44,960 nucleotides of DNA from an uncultured Tissierellaceae bacterium (GCA_964477045.1 CAYZDC010000001.1:1-44960), one strand, 5' to 3'; shown: positions 18,009 to 28,248, numbered from the stretch's first letter. Numbers and translations are program-made. Notes: generated by a model from the sequence alone, not told the origin.

Positions 18009-18541
18009 TTTATCTTCACCGGAATTCCACAACACACCAAATAAACCTGATCTGCCAATGCTGCAATTTTTTGGTTAACACGCCCTTGTATGTCTCTAAA
18101 TACACGGGATATATGATGTTCAGGTACTATTGAGTCTCCAACTTCGTTAGTTATCAAAATTAAATTATAACCTCTCTTATTTATTTCATTTATGAGAGTT
18201 TCTAGTTCACCCATTATTGTATCTTCTACTTGTTTTTGAAGTTTATAATCAATATATTCTACATCCTTAGTTTGGTAAAAGAGAATATTAGAACTTAGAA
18301 TGGTCACACAATCTAAAAAGTAATTTTCTTCTACACCTATAGCATTGGTTAAGTTACAATTTGCTTCAAATGTTCTCCATTCACTAGGTCTAGAGTTTTT
18401 GTGAAGATCTATTCTTTCTTGCATTTCTTTATCATTAATTTTAGATGTAGCTATATAAACTACATCTAAAAGGTCTTTGTATAAACTTTCTCCATAAGTG
18501 GATTTACCGCTTCTTGCACCACCAGTTACTAAGCTTATCAT
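18005..18541 (-). CDS. cobU: Adenosylcobinamide kinase / adenosylcobinamide-phosphate guanylyltransferase
   Basis: VTGGARSGKS P-loop. ATG at 18541 with a GGAG RBS is preferred over 18583. Confidence 0.9.
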   Translation of the reverse strand: MISLVTGGARSGKSTYGESLYKDLLDVVYIATSKINDKEMQERIDLHKNSRPSEWRTFEANCNLTNAIGVEENYFLDCVTILSSNILFYQTKDVEYIDYKLQKQVEDTIMGELETLINEINKRGYNLILITNEVGDSIVPEHHISRVFRDIQGRVNQKIAALADQVYLVCCGIPVKIK

Positions 18542-18551
18542 ATTTTCTCCT

Positions 18552-19013
18552 TTAATCTTCCTCATCAATTTCTTCAACATCAAAGATATCTATTATATTC
18601 TCTTTATCGAATTTCCATTTTTTGTAAACTATTAATTCCTCACCAATTTTTTTGAATACATATGCCAAAACAGCTGCATCATCTAAAAATCCGCCGGGTA
18701 AGAAATCCGGCACTAAATCTATTGGGCTTACTAAATAAATCAAACCACCTATAATCAATATAATGGAGCCTTTTGTAATGTCCTTGTATTCTCCCTTAAG
18801 CCAATCTTTTGATAAATCTAAAGACAACTTAATATCTGACCACAATTTTTTTAAAGTGGTGTTCTCTTCAGCTATATGCTTAGCATTTAATATTAGCTTT
18901 TGTAGTTTTTCATTATCATGATAAATAGCATTTGATTTAGAGTTTAGGTTTTTAAATATATTTTCAAAGTCAATCTTCATAATCTTCACCATCTCTTTTT
19001 TTATTTTAATCAT
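18552..19013 (-). CDS. YkvA / DUF1232 family membrane protein
   Basis: LIYLVSPIDLVPDFLPGGFLDDAAVLAYV is the DUF1232 signature. Confidence 0.8.
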   Translation of the reverse strand: MIKIKKEMVKIMKIDFENIFKNLNSKSNAIYHDNEKLQKLILNAKHIAEENTTLKKLWSDIKLSLDLSKDWLKGEYKDITKGSIILIIGGLIYLVSPIDLVPDFLPGGFLDDAAVLAYVFKKIGEELIVYKKWKFDKENIIDIFDVEEIDEED

Positions 19014-19051
19014 TATATATTTACCATTATTCTGGAATTTTAATCTTTTAT

Positions 19052-19330
19052 CTAAAAGCTCATATTATTTTTAATATATTCTTCTAATTTCTTGTCATTT
19101 ACTGCAGTTATTTTTTTGTTTATATAATCATAACCATTTGGTCTATGAGGAATTATACAATTTGAACAATCTTTTACACCATAATTCATTATATATTTGC
19201 CTCCACAATCTTCTAGTAGGTATAGTGGACAGTAGCAAAACATACAATTAAATTCTTCCACATTATCTATCTTGTGGCAAGGTAAGTATTGGCAATCTTT
19301 GTTTGTATAAAATCTATATGAATTTTCCAT
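19052..19330 (-). CDS. Cysteine-rich small domain protein (PF04071-type, B12-cluster associated)
   Basis: CQYLPCH...FNCMFCYCPLY...CGG...DCSNCIIPH. ATG at 19330 with GGAGG 6 nt upstream is preferred over the ORF-track start at 19357. It overlaps the cbiJ 3' end by 17 nt. Confidence 0.8.
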   Translation of the reverse strand: MENSYRFYTNKDCQYLPCHKIDNVEEFNCMFCYCPLYLLEDCGGKYIMNYGVKDCSNCIIPHRPNGYDYINKKITAVNDKKLEEYIKNNMSF

Positions 19331-20078
19331 TCTTTTCCTCCAATCTTTTATGTTCATTTCTAATGATTTCTTCTATTATTTTTAAATCACATATACCTTT
19401 TTCTGCATCTCTACCAATTATTATAGGTACTACTCCTAACTCCTTACAGGCTTGTATTTTTTCTTCAGTACCACCTGGTTTCCCACTATCTTTCATTATA
19501 CAATAATCTGCTTTGTATTCACTAAGCATTGTCTTATTGAATTCCAATGAAAATGGCCCTAGTATTGCTACAATATCTCTCATATGGATGTTGTTCATTT
19601 TGCAAATCTCTAAGCTCTCCATAGCTGGTAGAATTCTATATACAAATTTGTTTGTTCCTCTTATCTTTTCAAAGTCTCCAATGTTTTTAGAGCCTGTGGT
19701 AAATAAAACTGTTCCATTGATTTTTGATAAAAATTCATAAGCTTCTTCATAATTTTTTAGATAAATTGCATTATAAGTTTTTTTGCTTATATTCCTTATA
19801 TATCTAATATATGATATATTTAATTCTTTAGCAACTTTTTTTCCATTGTCAGAAACTATTTTAGCATAGGGATGGGTTAAATCAACTATCATAGTTATTT
19901 TATTTTCTTTCCCAAAGTTAACCATTTCATCATAGGTCATTCTACCCACTACTAAATTATTAATAGGAAAGAATTCTCGACCACCTTCTGTAGCAATTGT
20001 TACAAGAAAATTATCTAAGTCCTGTATACTTTCCACAATTATTCGTCCTTCACTTGTTCCTCCTATTATCCAAATCAT
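19314..20078 (-). CDS. cbiJ: Cobalt-precorrin-6A reductase
   Basis: MIWIIGGTSEGR N-terminus, CbiJ/CobK length, and operon context. Confidence 0.9.
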   Translation of the reverse strand: MIWIIGGTSEGRIIVESIQDLDNFLVTIATEGGREFFPINNLVVGRMTYDEMVNFGKENKITMIVDLTHPYAKIVSDNGKKVAKELNISYIRYIRNISKKTYNAIYLKNYEEAYEFLSKINGTVLFTTGSKNIGDFEKIRGTNKFVYRILPAMESLEICKMNNIHMRDIVAILGPFSLEFNKTMLSEYKADYCIMKDSGKPGGTEEKIQACKELGVVPIIIGRDAEKGICDLKIIEEIIRNEHKRLEEKNGKFI

Positions 20079-20797
20079 TTTATATTATATCCTCTCGGTG
20101 TTATAATCTTTCCATGTTTTATATAGGTATTAGTATTCCCTACTATTAAAACAGTTAACATATCTATATTAACATATTCTATATTCTCAAGTGTTGTAAC
20201 TGTAATTGACCTATTCTCTCTTCCTGAGTTTTTGACTATGCCTACAGGAGTATTAGACTTCCTATACTGTGCAATAATTTCTATAGCTTTTGATAAATGC
20301 TCTGCTCTTCCTTTTGACTTTGGGTTATAAATAGAAATAACAAAATCAGCATCAGCGGCTCTATGTAATCTTTTTTCTATTACTTCCCAAGGTGTTAATA
20401 AGTCACTAAGACTGATACTAGCGTAGTCATGCATTATAGGTGATCCTAATTCTGCAGCTGCTGAAAAGGCTGCGGTTACTCCTGGAATTATTTCTACTTC
20501 TATGTCTTCTGCCAGTTCTAAGATTGGACCTGCCATTCCATATAATCCTGCATCTCCAGTACTAATTATAGCAGTATTCTTACCTGCTTTTACCATTTCT
20601 ATGGCTTGTTTACATCTAAGTATTTCTCCCTTCATTCCTGTGGAAAATAATTCCTTTCCTTCTACTAGTTCACCTAAATAGTCTATATAGGGTGTATATC
20701 CTACTATTACATCACAGGCTTTAATTGTTTCTACTGCTTTAAAAGTCATATGTTCTGGCCCACCTGGACCTATTCCTATTACATATAATTTAGCCAT
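20075..20797 (-). CDS. cbiH: Cobalt-factor III / precorrin-3B C17-methyltransferase
   Basis: Tetrapyrrole methylase fold: YVIGIGPGGPEHMT, STGDAGLYGMAG. Confidence 0.9.
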   Translation of the reverse strand: MAKLYVIGIGPGGPEHMTFKAVETIKACDVIVGYTPYIDYLGELVEGKELFSTGMKGEILRCKQAIEMVKAGKNTAIISTGDAGLYGMAGPILELAEDIEVEIIPGVTAAFSAAAELGSPIMHDYASISLSDLLTPWEVIEKRLHRAADADFVISIYNPKSKGRAEHLSKAIEIIAQYRKSNTPVGIVKNSGRENRSITVTTLENIEYVNIDMLTVLIVGNTNTYIKHGKIITPRGYNIK

Positions 20798-21803
20798 TAT
20801 AATTCTCCTTTGAGATTGAAATTGTTATTCCATTATGCTTTGATTTTCTAATGATTAGTTCTCCACCTAAAAGATAGGCCGCCGGTTCAGACACAGAATA
20901 TACTCCTATAGTATCCTTTACAAATTGAGATTTTTGGAACATTTCTTCAACTTCTCTAATTTCTTCTACAGTGAATATTTTTAAGGAACAATTATAGAAT
21001 TCTGAAGCTTCTATAATTCCTCTTTCGTGTTTTTTTACTTCAACAGTACCTATGCTTTTAATACTATTAGAGGATAGCTTTGCCCCTTTAAGTGATGATT
21101 CAATAGCTTCTCTTATCTTATTAACTTCTATACCTTTTTTACAACCTATGCCTATATTTAAATTCTTTGGTCTTAGGATAGTGTGTGGAATATTTATATC
21201 CTTTATAATAGTTGAACTTATTATTATTAGTCCCTCTATATCTTTATGTACTATCTCTAATTCTTTTAATACTATTAAGTTATTATAATTTATTATATTC
21301 TTATCTTCAGAATAAAATCCTATTTTTTTACCATTTACCATCATTGATGTTAAAGCTGTTATAGAATCTAAATCCTCTATGTAATAATTATTCTTTTGAG
21401 CAAATAGGTCAATAGATTCTATGCCTCTGCTGTCAGATGCTGTAGTTATAATTGGCAGGGCATCCATTCTCTCACTAATATAATGGGTTAATTCATTGGC
21501 CCCTCCTATATGTCCTGATAGCAAAGATATAACATATTTAGAAAAATCATCTATAACAATAACTGCTGGATCTTTAGTTTTATGATTTATCAATGGATTT
21601 ATCATTCTTATAGCTATTCCTGTTGCACTAATAAATACTAAACCATCATAATTATTCCAAGCATAGGGGACAATTGATTTTATTCCTCCTTTTATTTCCG
21701 AATTATGATAATGATTAAATGTATAATCTTCATTCACTAATTGGACTAGCTTTTTGCCAATTATATTGCCCATATCTGTAAAAGAAAAACAAGCTATTTT
21801 CAT
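20790..21803 (-). CDS. cbiG: Cobalt-precorrin-5A hydrolase
   Basis: CbiG N/C domain pattern (LLSGHIGGANEL, GIGCKKG), between cbiF and cbiH. Confidence 0.88.
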   Translation of the reverse strand: MKIACFSFTDMGNIIGKKLVQLVNEDYTFNHYHNSEIKGGIKSIVPYAWNNYDGLVFISATGIAIRMINPLINHKTKDPAVIVIDDFSKYVISLLSGHIGGANELTHYISERMDALPIITTASDSRGIESIDLFAQKNNYYIEDLDSITALTSMMVNGKKIGFYSEDKNIINYNNLIVLKELEIVHKDIEGLIIISSTIIKDINIPHTILRPKNLNIGIGCKKGIEVNKIREAIESSLKGAKLSSNSIKSIGTVEVKKHERGIIEASEFYNCSLKIFTVEEIREVEEMFQKSQFVKDTIGVYSVSEPAAYLLGGELIIRKSKHNGITISISKENYNG

Positions 21804-22555
21804 TGGCTTGCCTTCCTAAATTTATGAGTAAATGTTGGATCATAAAGTTTTGATCTTTCATAGTCACCTTCTATAAAGTTTCCAACTAATATCTGAGCCA
21901 TTTTATTTATATTTTTATCTTTTACTTTTTTGCTTATATCTCCTAATGTTCCAAGTATAATCTCTTCATCTATCCATGAAGCTTTATATACAACAGCTAC
22001 AGGGATATTATAACTACCATAACCTTTAACTAATTGTTCTACAACTCTATCGATTTCTTGCACAGATAGAAAAATTGCCATTGAAGCCTTGTGACTTGCT
22101 AGACTTTCCAAATCCTCACCCTCTGGTACTGGAGTTCTTCCTTCTATTCTTGTAAGTATTACTGTTTGACTTACTGATGGTAGTGTAAATTCTTTTTTAA
22201 TAGATGCACATGCAGCAGTAAATGAACTTACCCCAGGTATTACTTCATAGGAAATATTTTTACTATCCAATATATCCATCTGCTCTCTAATGGCACCATA
22301 AATAGTTGGATCTCCTGTGTGAAGCCTAACTACTTTTAAACCCTTAACAAGAGATTTTTCCATTAATTGGACTACCTCTTCTAATGTCATTGATGCACTA
22401 TTATGAAAATCTGTTCCTTTTTTACAAAAGTCTAAATGTGCTTTAGATACTAAGCTACCAGCATAAATGACTACATCTGCATTCTCTAACAAATTTCTGC
22501 CTTTTATAGTTATTAAATCCACATTTCCTGGACCTGCTCCTACAAAACTAATCAT
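21800..22555 (-). CDS. cbiF: Cobalt-precorrin-4 C11-methyltransferase
   Basis: FVGAGPGNVDLITIKG, HTGDPTIYGA. Confidence 0.92.
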   Translation of the reverse strand: MISFVGAGPGNVDLITIKGRNLLENADVVIYAGSLVSKAHLDFCKKGTDFHNSASMTLEEVVQLMEKSLVKGLKVVRLHTGDPTIYGAIREQMDILDSKNISYEVIPGVSSFTAACASIKKEFTLPSVSQTVILTRIEGRTPVPEGEDLESLASHKASMAIFLSVQEIDRVVEQLVKGYGSYNIPVAVVYKASWIDEEIILGTLGDISKKVKDKNINKMAQILVGNFIEGDYERSKLYDPTFTHKFRKASQ

Positions 22556-23108
22556 TATTCTTCACTCCTTTAATTATAAATATAGGATTTTCACCTTTCA
22601 TAAGGCCTATTTTATCCATATATGAAGTTTGTACTAGCTGAGTTTCAATATTAATATAATTGTGAATTTTAAGTAATTCTATAAACTTAGTAGCATTATT
22701 TATGAGTATAAAGTTACCACATAATATTCCTCTATTATCTAAGTGAATATCCAAATATTGAAGTATTTCATCAACCTTGCCTCCACTTCCACCTAGAAAA
22801 CATTTATTAAATTTTTTATCTGGCAATTTATCCGGAGCATGTCCATTAATAATATCTATATTTAAATTAAATTTTTCCATATTTCTTTCTATGAGTTCTA
22901 ATGCCTCTTCTTCTCTTTCAATAGCCCAAACCTTTGCTCCCTGCAATGTAGCTTCTATGGAAATTGAACCTGTTCCTGCTCCTATGTCAAGTAATCTGTC
23001 GCCCTTCTCTATAGCTAAATATCCCATGGTTAAGATTCTAATGTTGAACTTAGTCATAGGTATATTTCCTCTTATAAAATCTTCATCTTTAATCCATTTC
23101 ATTTTCAA
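22548..23108 (-). CDS. cbiT: Cobalt-precorrin-6B C15-methyltransferase (decarboxylating)
   Basis: Class I SAM-MTase motif LDIGAGTGSISIE. ~186 aa, following cbiE. Confidence 0.9.
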   Translation of the reverse strand: MKMKWIKDEDFIRGNIPMTKFNIRILTMGYLAIEKGDRLLDIGAGTGSISIEATLQGAKVWAIEREEEALELIERNMEKFNLNIDIINGHAPDKLPDKKFNKCFLGGSGGKVDEILQYLDIHLDNRGILCGNFILINNATKFIELLKIHNYINIETQLVQTSYMDKIGLMKGENPIFIIKGVKNND

Positions 23109-23685
23109 TTACCACCACTCCAAGTGAAGAATAATCTTCTATTGCTTCACCTATATTTGATTCTATTATTTTTTCATTGTCATAAGAAAGATCAAAACCT
23201 ACAAACATTTTCCCTTTAATATTCAACTTTTGTAATTCATCTGAAATAAATTGTGGATTATTAACTTTGTCTATTAATACTATAGATAATCTATTTTCTT
23301 TTACAGATTGCAATCCTTTATTTCTTCCGTGAAGTGATATAAAGTTTGCTTCTTGCCAAGGTTGATTTAGTTTTGCCATAAGATATTGGAATGATGATAA
23401 ACCTGGAAGAACTTTAGTTACCTTGATTTTTTCTCTCTTTATAAAATCAACTATTCCAAAAAAATTTGGATCTCCCGAGGCTAAAAGAAGTGTATTTTCC
23501 CTGAGTTTTATGTAATCTAATATTTCATCTACTTTCTTAACTTCTATTATGTCATCTCTTATAGGGCTTAATGATTTAGCAACTCTAGGAAATGCTAAAA
23601 TATATTCTGCTTCTTTAATAGCCTCTAATACTTCCAAAGTTAAATACTTTGGATTTCCTGGTCCTATACCTGCAATAGTTAACAA
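23089..23685 (-). CDS. cbiE: Cobalt-precorrin-7 C5-methyltransferase
   Basis: Tetrapyrrole methylase fold: IAGIGPGNPKYLT, ASGDPNFFG. Confidence 0.9.
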   Translation of the reverse strand: MLTIAGIGPGNPKYLTLEVLEAIKEAEYILAFPRVAKSLSPIRDDIIEVKKVDEILDYIKLRENTLLLASGDPNFFGIVDFIKREKIKVTKVLPGLSSFQYLMAKLNQPWQEANFISLHGRNKGLQSVKENRLSIVLIDKVNNPQFISDELQKLNIKGKMFVGFDLSYDNEKIIESNIGEAIEDYSSLGVVVIENEMD

Positions 23686-24755
23686 AAGTCTACACCTCTT
23701 TTCATAGAATAAATAATTACTTTTACTTTATAGTCTTCATCTTTAAGGTATTTCTTAATCCTGATTTCTGCACCCTTCTCCATATGCTTTACTATGTCAC
23801 CATAGCCAGCTTCAATACAAATGTTTAACGCCTCTTCAGCAGTTATACATTTATTAATCTTTTCCAGTAATTCACTGGGAGCATTCATTAATGCTAAATA
23901 GTAAACAAAGGCTTCCATTCTTCCATCACAGACCTTACTATGGGTATTAAATACTCCTATGGATAGTTTAGAAAACTTACCTATATGTCCAATTAAAGTT
24001 ACTGACTTAAATCCTTTGTTATAAATGTATAAGAGACTATCACCTATAAAGTTGCTGATCTTAGTTCTAGGTTTGTCTATACCTAAGGTTGCAGAAACTT
24101 TCTCCCCATAATTTCCTGGAACAAGTACTATATGTTCATTGCCATATTGATCTAATAGCATATCTACTTCCATATATATGGTTTTTAGTATCGCGTCTTC
24201 ACTCATAGGATATACAATACCTTTTGTTCCTATAATAGATATCCCACCTTCTATTCCAATATATGAATTAAATGTTTTTTTACCTATTGATACTCCTTCA
24301 GGGGCATAAATCATAACATTGTAACCTTCAGAGCTTACCTCTCCTAATTCTTTTTTAATAGTTTCACATGGGACAGGATTAATAGCAGCTTGTCCAACTT
24401 CTCCAAATAATCCATTTCGAGTTATCCTACCAATGCCTATTCCACCATCTATAATTACTTGCCCATCCATTCTTTTGCTAACCTTAGAATATATTTCAAT
24501 TCCATCTGTATTATCTGGATCATCACCTGAATCTTTTATAATAGAACAAAGTGCATAATCTCTTCCAATTACTGGATTATGTACCTCTAGTTTAAGTTTG
24601 ATATTTGCAGGAGTATCTATTTCTACGTATTTTATAACTTTATCTGTTTCTAGCATAATAGCTGCAGCTTTTGAAGCGGCTGTAGCACAAGATCCTGTTG
24701 TATATCCACATCTTAAATTTTTGCCTTCTTTTATTACAAATAAATCTAAGGTCAT
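23679..24755 (-). CDS. cbiD: Cobalt-precorrin-5B C1-methyltransferase
   Basis: LRCGYTTGSCATAASKAA N-terminus, typical of CbiD. Confidence 0.92.
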   Translation of the reverse strand: MTLDLFVIKEGKNLRCGYTTGSCATAASKAAAIMLETDKVIKYVEIDTPANIKLKLEVHNPVIGRDYALCSIIKDSGDDPDNTDGIEIYSKVSKRMDGQVIIDGGIGIGRITRNGLFGEVGQAAINPVPCETIKKELGEVSSEGYNVMIYAPEGVSIGKKTFNSYIGIEGGISIIGTKGIVYPMSEDAILKTIYMEVDMLLDQYGNEHIVLVPGNYGEKVSATLGIDKPRTKISNFIGDSLLYIYNKGFKSVTLIGHIGKFSKLSIGVFNTHSKVCDGRMEAFVYYLALMNAPSELLEKINKCITAEEALNICIEAGYGDIVKHMEKGAEIRIKKYLKDEDYKVKVIIYSMKRGVDFC

Positions 24756-25372
24756 CTTCCCACAACCATATATAATAAAGCATTTATAATAGATGCCGCT
24801 ACATTACTTCCACCTTTGTTCCCTTCAGTTGATATTGATGATAGGTCAAATTCTCTTAGAAGTTCTTTTGATTCTGATGCTCCTACAAATCCTACAGGCA
24901 CTCCAACAATAAACTTTGGATTTAGTCTGCCCGCTTTAACATGTTCTAAGATTCTAAATAAGGCTGTAGGAGCATTGCCTATTACAAAGCAATCTATTCC
25001 ATTTGCTACTGCCATATCTACAGCACAAGCAGATCTAGTGGTCTCTAATTCCTTGGACATTTGAAAAACTTTTTCATCATCTATAAAACATTTAAGTTCG
25101 CAATTTGCTTTAATTAGTGCAGGTTTATTAATTCCCATATAAGACATTTTAGTATCAGTAAATATTGTAGTTCCTTTTGATATTTCAAATTTTGCCGATT
25201 CAATAAAATTTCCTTTAAAACAAATGATTTTTCTATAATCAAAATCACCTGTGGTATGAATCATTCTCTTAGCTATTATCATTTCTTCTTCAGAAAAATT
25301 TGTATCTCCCATAACCTTATCTATAATATCCATACTTTTATTTTCTATTGCCATTGGGTTTTTAATATACAT
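24752..25372 (-). CDS. cbiC: Cobalt-precorrin-8 methylmutase
   Basis: RMIHTTGDFDY, VIGNAPTAL. Confidence 0.92.
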   Translation of the reverse strand: MYIKNPMAIENKSMDIIDKVMGDTNFSEEEMIIAKRMIHTTGDFDYRKIICFKGNFIESAKFEISKGTTIFTDTKMSYMGINKPALIKANCELKCFIDDEKVFQMSKELETTRSACAVDMAVANGIDCFVIGNAPTALFRILEHVKAGRLNPKFIVGVPVGFVGASESKELLREFDLSSISTEGNKGGSNVAASIINALLYMVVGR

Positions 25373-26682
25373 TAATTCACATCCTTTTCAATTTTGCTAA
25401 GAAGATAATCTAAGGCTTCTTTATTTCCTAAAAAGTTTATATGCTGATAAATACCTAGTGCATTTTTATAAGAATATCCACACTTCCATTTTCTTTTACT
25501 CTTAGGTTTGGTAATTTGGAGAATTTGTCTTTCATCTGAATTAATAATAGAACGATGAAACTCCTGTCCTGTTAACCTGACTCCAGCTTTACCTAAAATG
25601 CAATCTTCTTCCAAGCTTATATTTACATATCCAAATCTTTGAAGCCTGTCTGTCATGGTGGATTTTCCAGAGAATATACCGCACATAGGATAATCTTCTA
25701 TAGTGTCTACTAAGTACATTAATCCTCCACCTTCAGCATACAAATATCCACCTGCTTCTACATAATCTCTAATTGACATAATCATTTGCTTATTTTTGGA
25801 TAACTGGTCTAAAAATAATTCTGGATACCCTCCACCTATGTATATCAAATCCGTTTCAGGTAAATAATTGTCATTTAAAGGAGAAAAGTATTCTATATTA
25901 CATTGTTCTTCTAATAGTTTAATATTCTCCTCATAATAAAAATTAAATGCATTATCATAAGCAATTGCAACTTTAATATTTCTTTTTTTACTATAGCTTT
26001 GTTTATTAACTATAATGTCTTTTGAAATTTCTATTATTCTATTAATATCAATAGTGTCTTCAACCATATTCCCTGCTTTAATAATTAACTTATCTAATTC
26101 CAAGTTTTCATCTGCTTGTAATAATCCTAAATTACGACTTTCAATATTTAGGCTTTCATCAAGAGGTAAAAATCCTAATACTTCTATATTGATATGATTT
26201 TCTACTTGTTCTTTTAACAACTTATACATAAACTCACTTGTTTTATTAAAGATTATTCCTTTAATTCTATTTTGTGAGAAATCTACCATTCCTTTTATCT
26301 TTGGAATAGCTGAAAACATTTCTCCCTTAGGTGAATAAATTAGTATAGATGGAATGTCCAATTCTTTTGAAATATCATAAGAAGAATTTTCATATGTATT
26401 ATATATTCCATCAAAATAACCCATAGCTCCTTCTATAACTCCAAAATCCCCATTATTCATCCCCAAGGATTCTTCCAGCCCCTCTTTTCCCATTAAGTGC
26501 ATATCTAAATTACTTGCCACTTTTCCAGAAGCTATACCAATATATTTTCTGTCTATAAAGTCTGGCCCTGTTTTAAAAGCTGATACATTAAATCCACGGT
26601 TTTTAATCTCTTTTATAATACCTAAGGTTACAACTGTTTTTCCTGTATTACTTGATGGCGCTGTAATCATTATAGTCTTCAT
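25372..26682 (-). CDS. cbiA: Cobyrinate a,c-diamide synthase (ATPase plus GATase domains present)
   Basis: APSSNTGKTVVTLGI, FKTGPDFID. Full-length at 436 aa, including the C-terminal amidotransferase part. Confidence 0.92.
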   Translation of the reverse strand: MKTIMITAPSSNTGKTVVTLGIIKEIKNRGFNVSAFKTGPDFIDRKYIGIASGKVASNLDMHLMGKEGLEESLGMNNGDFGVIEGAMGYFDGIYNTYENSSYDISKELDIPSILIYSPKGEMFSAIPKIKGMVDFSQNRIKGIIFNKTSEFMYKLLKEQVENHINIEVLGFLPLDESLNIESRNLGLLQADENLELDKLIIKAGNMVEDTIDINRIIEISKDIIVNKQSYSKKRNIKVAIAYDNAFNFYYEENIKLLEEQCNIEYFSPLNDNYLPETDLIYIGGGYPELFLDQLSKNKQMIMSIRDYVEAGGYLYAEGGGLMYLVDTIEDYPMCGIFSGKSTMTDRLQRFGYVNISLEEDCILGKAGVRLTGQEFHRSIINSDERQILQITKPKSKRKWKCGYSYKNALGIYQHINFLGNKEALDYLLSKIEKDVN

Positions 26683-27446
26683 TACAATATAGCCTCTAAA
26701 TGGTGGAAAAATATATCTTGAATCTGCTTTATTTGTCCCAGCCCACTAATTTTCGTATGAACTTCTATATTATTGGCCTCTAATATTCTTTTCCATGAAT
26801 CCTTCTCATCTGAAGCCATATCATTTATAGCATGATCTCCAGCCACCAACATAAAAGGTTTTAAGATTACCTCATTTATATTTTTCTTTTTTAATTCTAC
26901 TAATATATCCTCTATAGTTTTTTCTCCTTCTACAGTTGCAACAAATGCACTATCATAGCCATCTTTTCTTATAGCACTTTCTAATTTTTCGTAACTTGCA
27001 TCTGTACTGTGATCTGATCCATGACCCATAAATACTGTAGAAATTGACTTTGAAATATTTAAGGATTTGACTACATTTTCATAGTCTTCTTCGGAAGATA
27101 AAAGTGGCTTAGCAATTGTAATATTTATTTCTCCATTGCCTTTGGCAAAATCCTTGGCTTCTTTTAATATCTTTTCATATTCAATACCTTCAATGATTAA
27201 TAAAGGCTGTATATAAATCTGTGTTATTCCTGCTTCTTTCATTTTTTCTAATGCCTCTGTAGGATTGTAGTTATGTACATTATCTCTTTTCATAATACGA
27301 GATATGACTACTCTTGAAGTAAAAGCTCTAAGTACAAGGTAATCCGAAAACTGTTCCCTGGCTCTATTTTCTATGCTTTCAATACATAGCTTTCTAGTTT
27401 GTTCAAAGGTTGTACCAAAACTTACTATTATTATCCCTTTTTTCAT
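26682..27446 (-). CDS. cbiK: Sirohydrochlorin cobaltochelatase (anaerobic type)
   Basis: IIVSFGTT..., FMGHGSDH, VAGDHAINDM. Confidence 0.88.
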   Translation of the reverse strand: MKKGIIIVSFGTTFEQTRKLCIESIENRAREQFSDYLVLRAFTSRVVISRIMKRDNVHNYNPTEALEKMKEAGITQIYIQPLLIIEGIEYEKILKEAKDFAKGNGEINITIAKPLLSSEEDYENVVKSLNISKSISTVFMGHGSDHSTDASYEKLESAIRKDGYDSAFVATVEGEKTIEDILVELKKKNINEVILKPFMLVAGDHAINDMASDEKDSWKRILEANNIEVHTKISGLGQIKQIQDIFFHHLEAIL

Positions 27447-27465
27447 AATATCCTCTTTTCATAAT

Positions 27466-28248
27466 TTATTTATTAAAATCTTCCTCATTTTTATATAATG
27501 GCAAGCCAAACTTTTCATGAATTTTTACTAACCAAGGCTTATCTAATAGTGCCTTTTCAATTAACTGTGATTGAGTAAATACTTCTTCCGGTGTTCCTTC
27601 GCCAACTATCCTGCCTTCAGATAATACATAAATATAATCGCAGATTTCATATATGAAATCCATATTGTGGCTAGATACTATAAGTTTCTTTTCAATTTTT
27701 AATCCATTTATTATTTTTATCATTTCTTTTGTCATATTTGGATCTAATCCTGAAGTAGGTTCATCTAACAATAGTACTTCTGAGTTTAAAACCAAGGATC
27801 CTGCTATAGCCACTCTTTTCTTTTGGCCATAGCTTAAAAAATGAGTCGGTTTATCTACTAAATCAAGGGCATTTACAAGCTTTAAAGCATTTTCTACTTT
27901 TTCTTTTATGGCTTCTTCTGAATAATCTAAATTTCTAAGTACAAATGCTACGTCATCATATACTTTAGAATAAAATAGTTGTTTTTCCGGATCTTGAAAT
28001 ACCATTGTTACTTTCTTTCTATATTTTCTTAAGGATTTTTTATCATATTCTATTTTATTACCTTTAAATAAAACCCTTCCATTTGTAGGATGCAAAATTC
28101 CAATTATATTTAAAAATAAAGTGGATTTTCCTGATCCATTAGCTCCTATAACACCTATAGCCCTACCTTTATTTAAATCAAAGTTAATATCTACTAAGGC
28201 CTTTGTTCCATCTTCATAATTGTAATGTAATGAATTTATTTTTATCAT
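27466..28248 (-). CDS. cbiO: Cobalt ECF/ABC transporter ATPase
   Basis: GANGSGKST Walker A, LSYGQKKRVAIAG signature, LLLDEPTSGLD. Confidence 0.9.
   Translation of the reverse strand: MIKINSLHYNYEDGTKALVDINFDLNKGRAIGVIGANGSGKSTLFLNIIGILHPTNGRVLFKGNKIEYDKKSLRKYRKKVTMVFQDPEKQLFYSKVYDDVAFVLRNLDYSEEAIKEKVENALKLVNALDLVDKPTHFLSYGQKKRVAIAGSLVLNSEVLLLDEPTSGLDPNMTKEMIKIINGLKIEKKLIVSSHNMDFIYEICDYIYVLSEGRIVGEGTPEEVFTQSQLIEKALLDKPWLVKIHEKFGLPLYKNEEDFNK

Noticed and set aside
19314-19357. Frameshifted or programmed-frameshift fusion of cbiJ with the Cys-rich domain ORF (44-nt overlap in a different frame)
   Set aside because: An internal ATG at 19330 with a strong GGAGG RBS 6 nt upstream gives an independent start and only a 17-nt overlap. 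Ordinary translational coupling explains it.
22777-23127. 116-aa plus-strand ORF antisense to cbiT
   Set aside because: Nested antisense to a confidently identified methyltransferase gene. Low-complexity S/L/I/P composition and no RBS.
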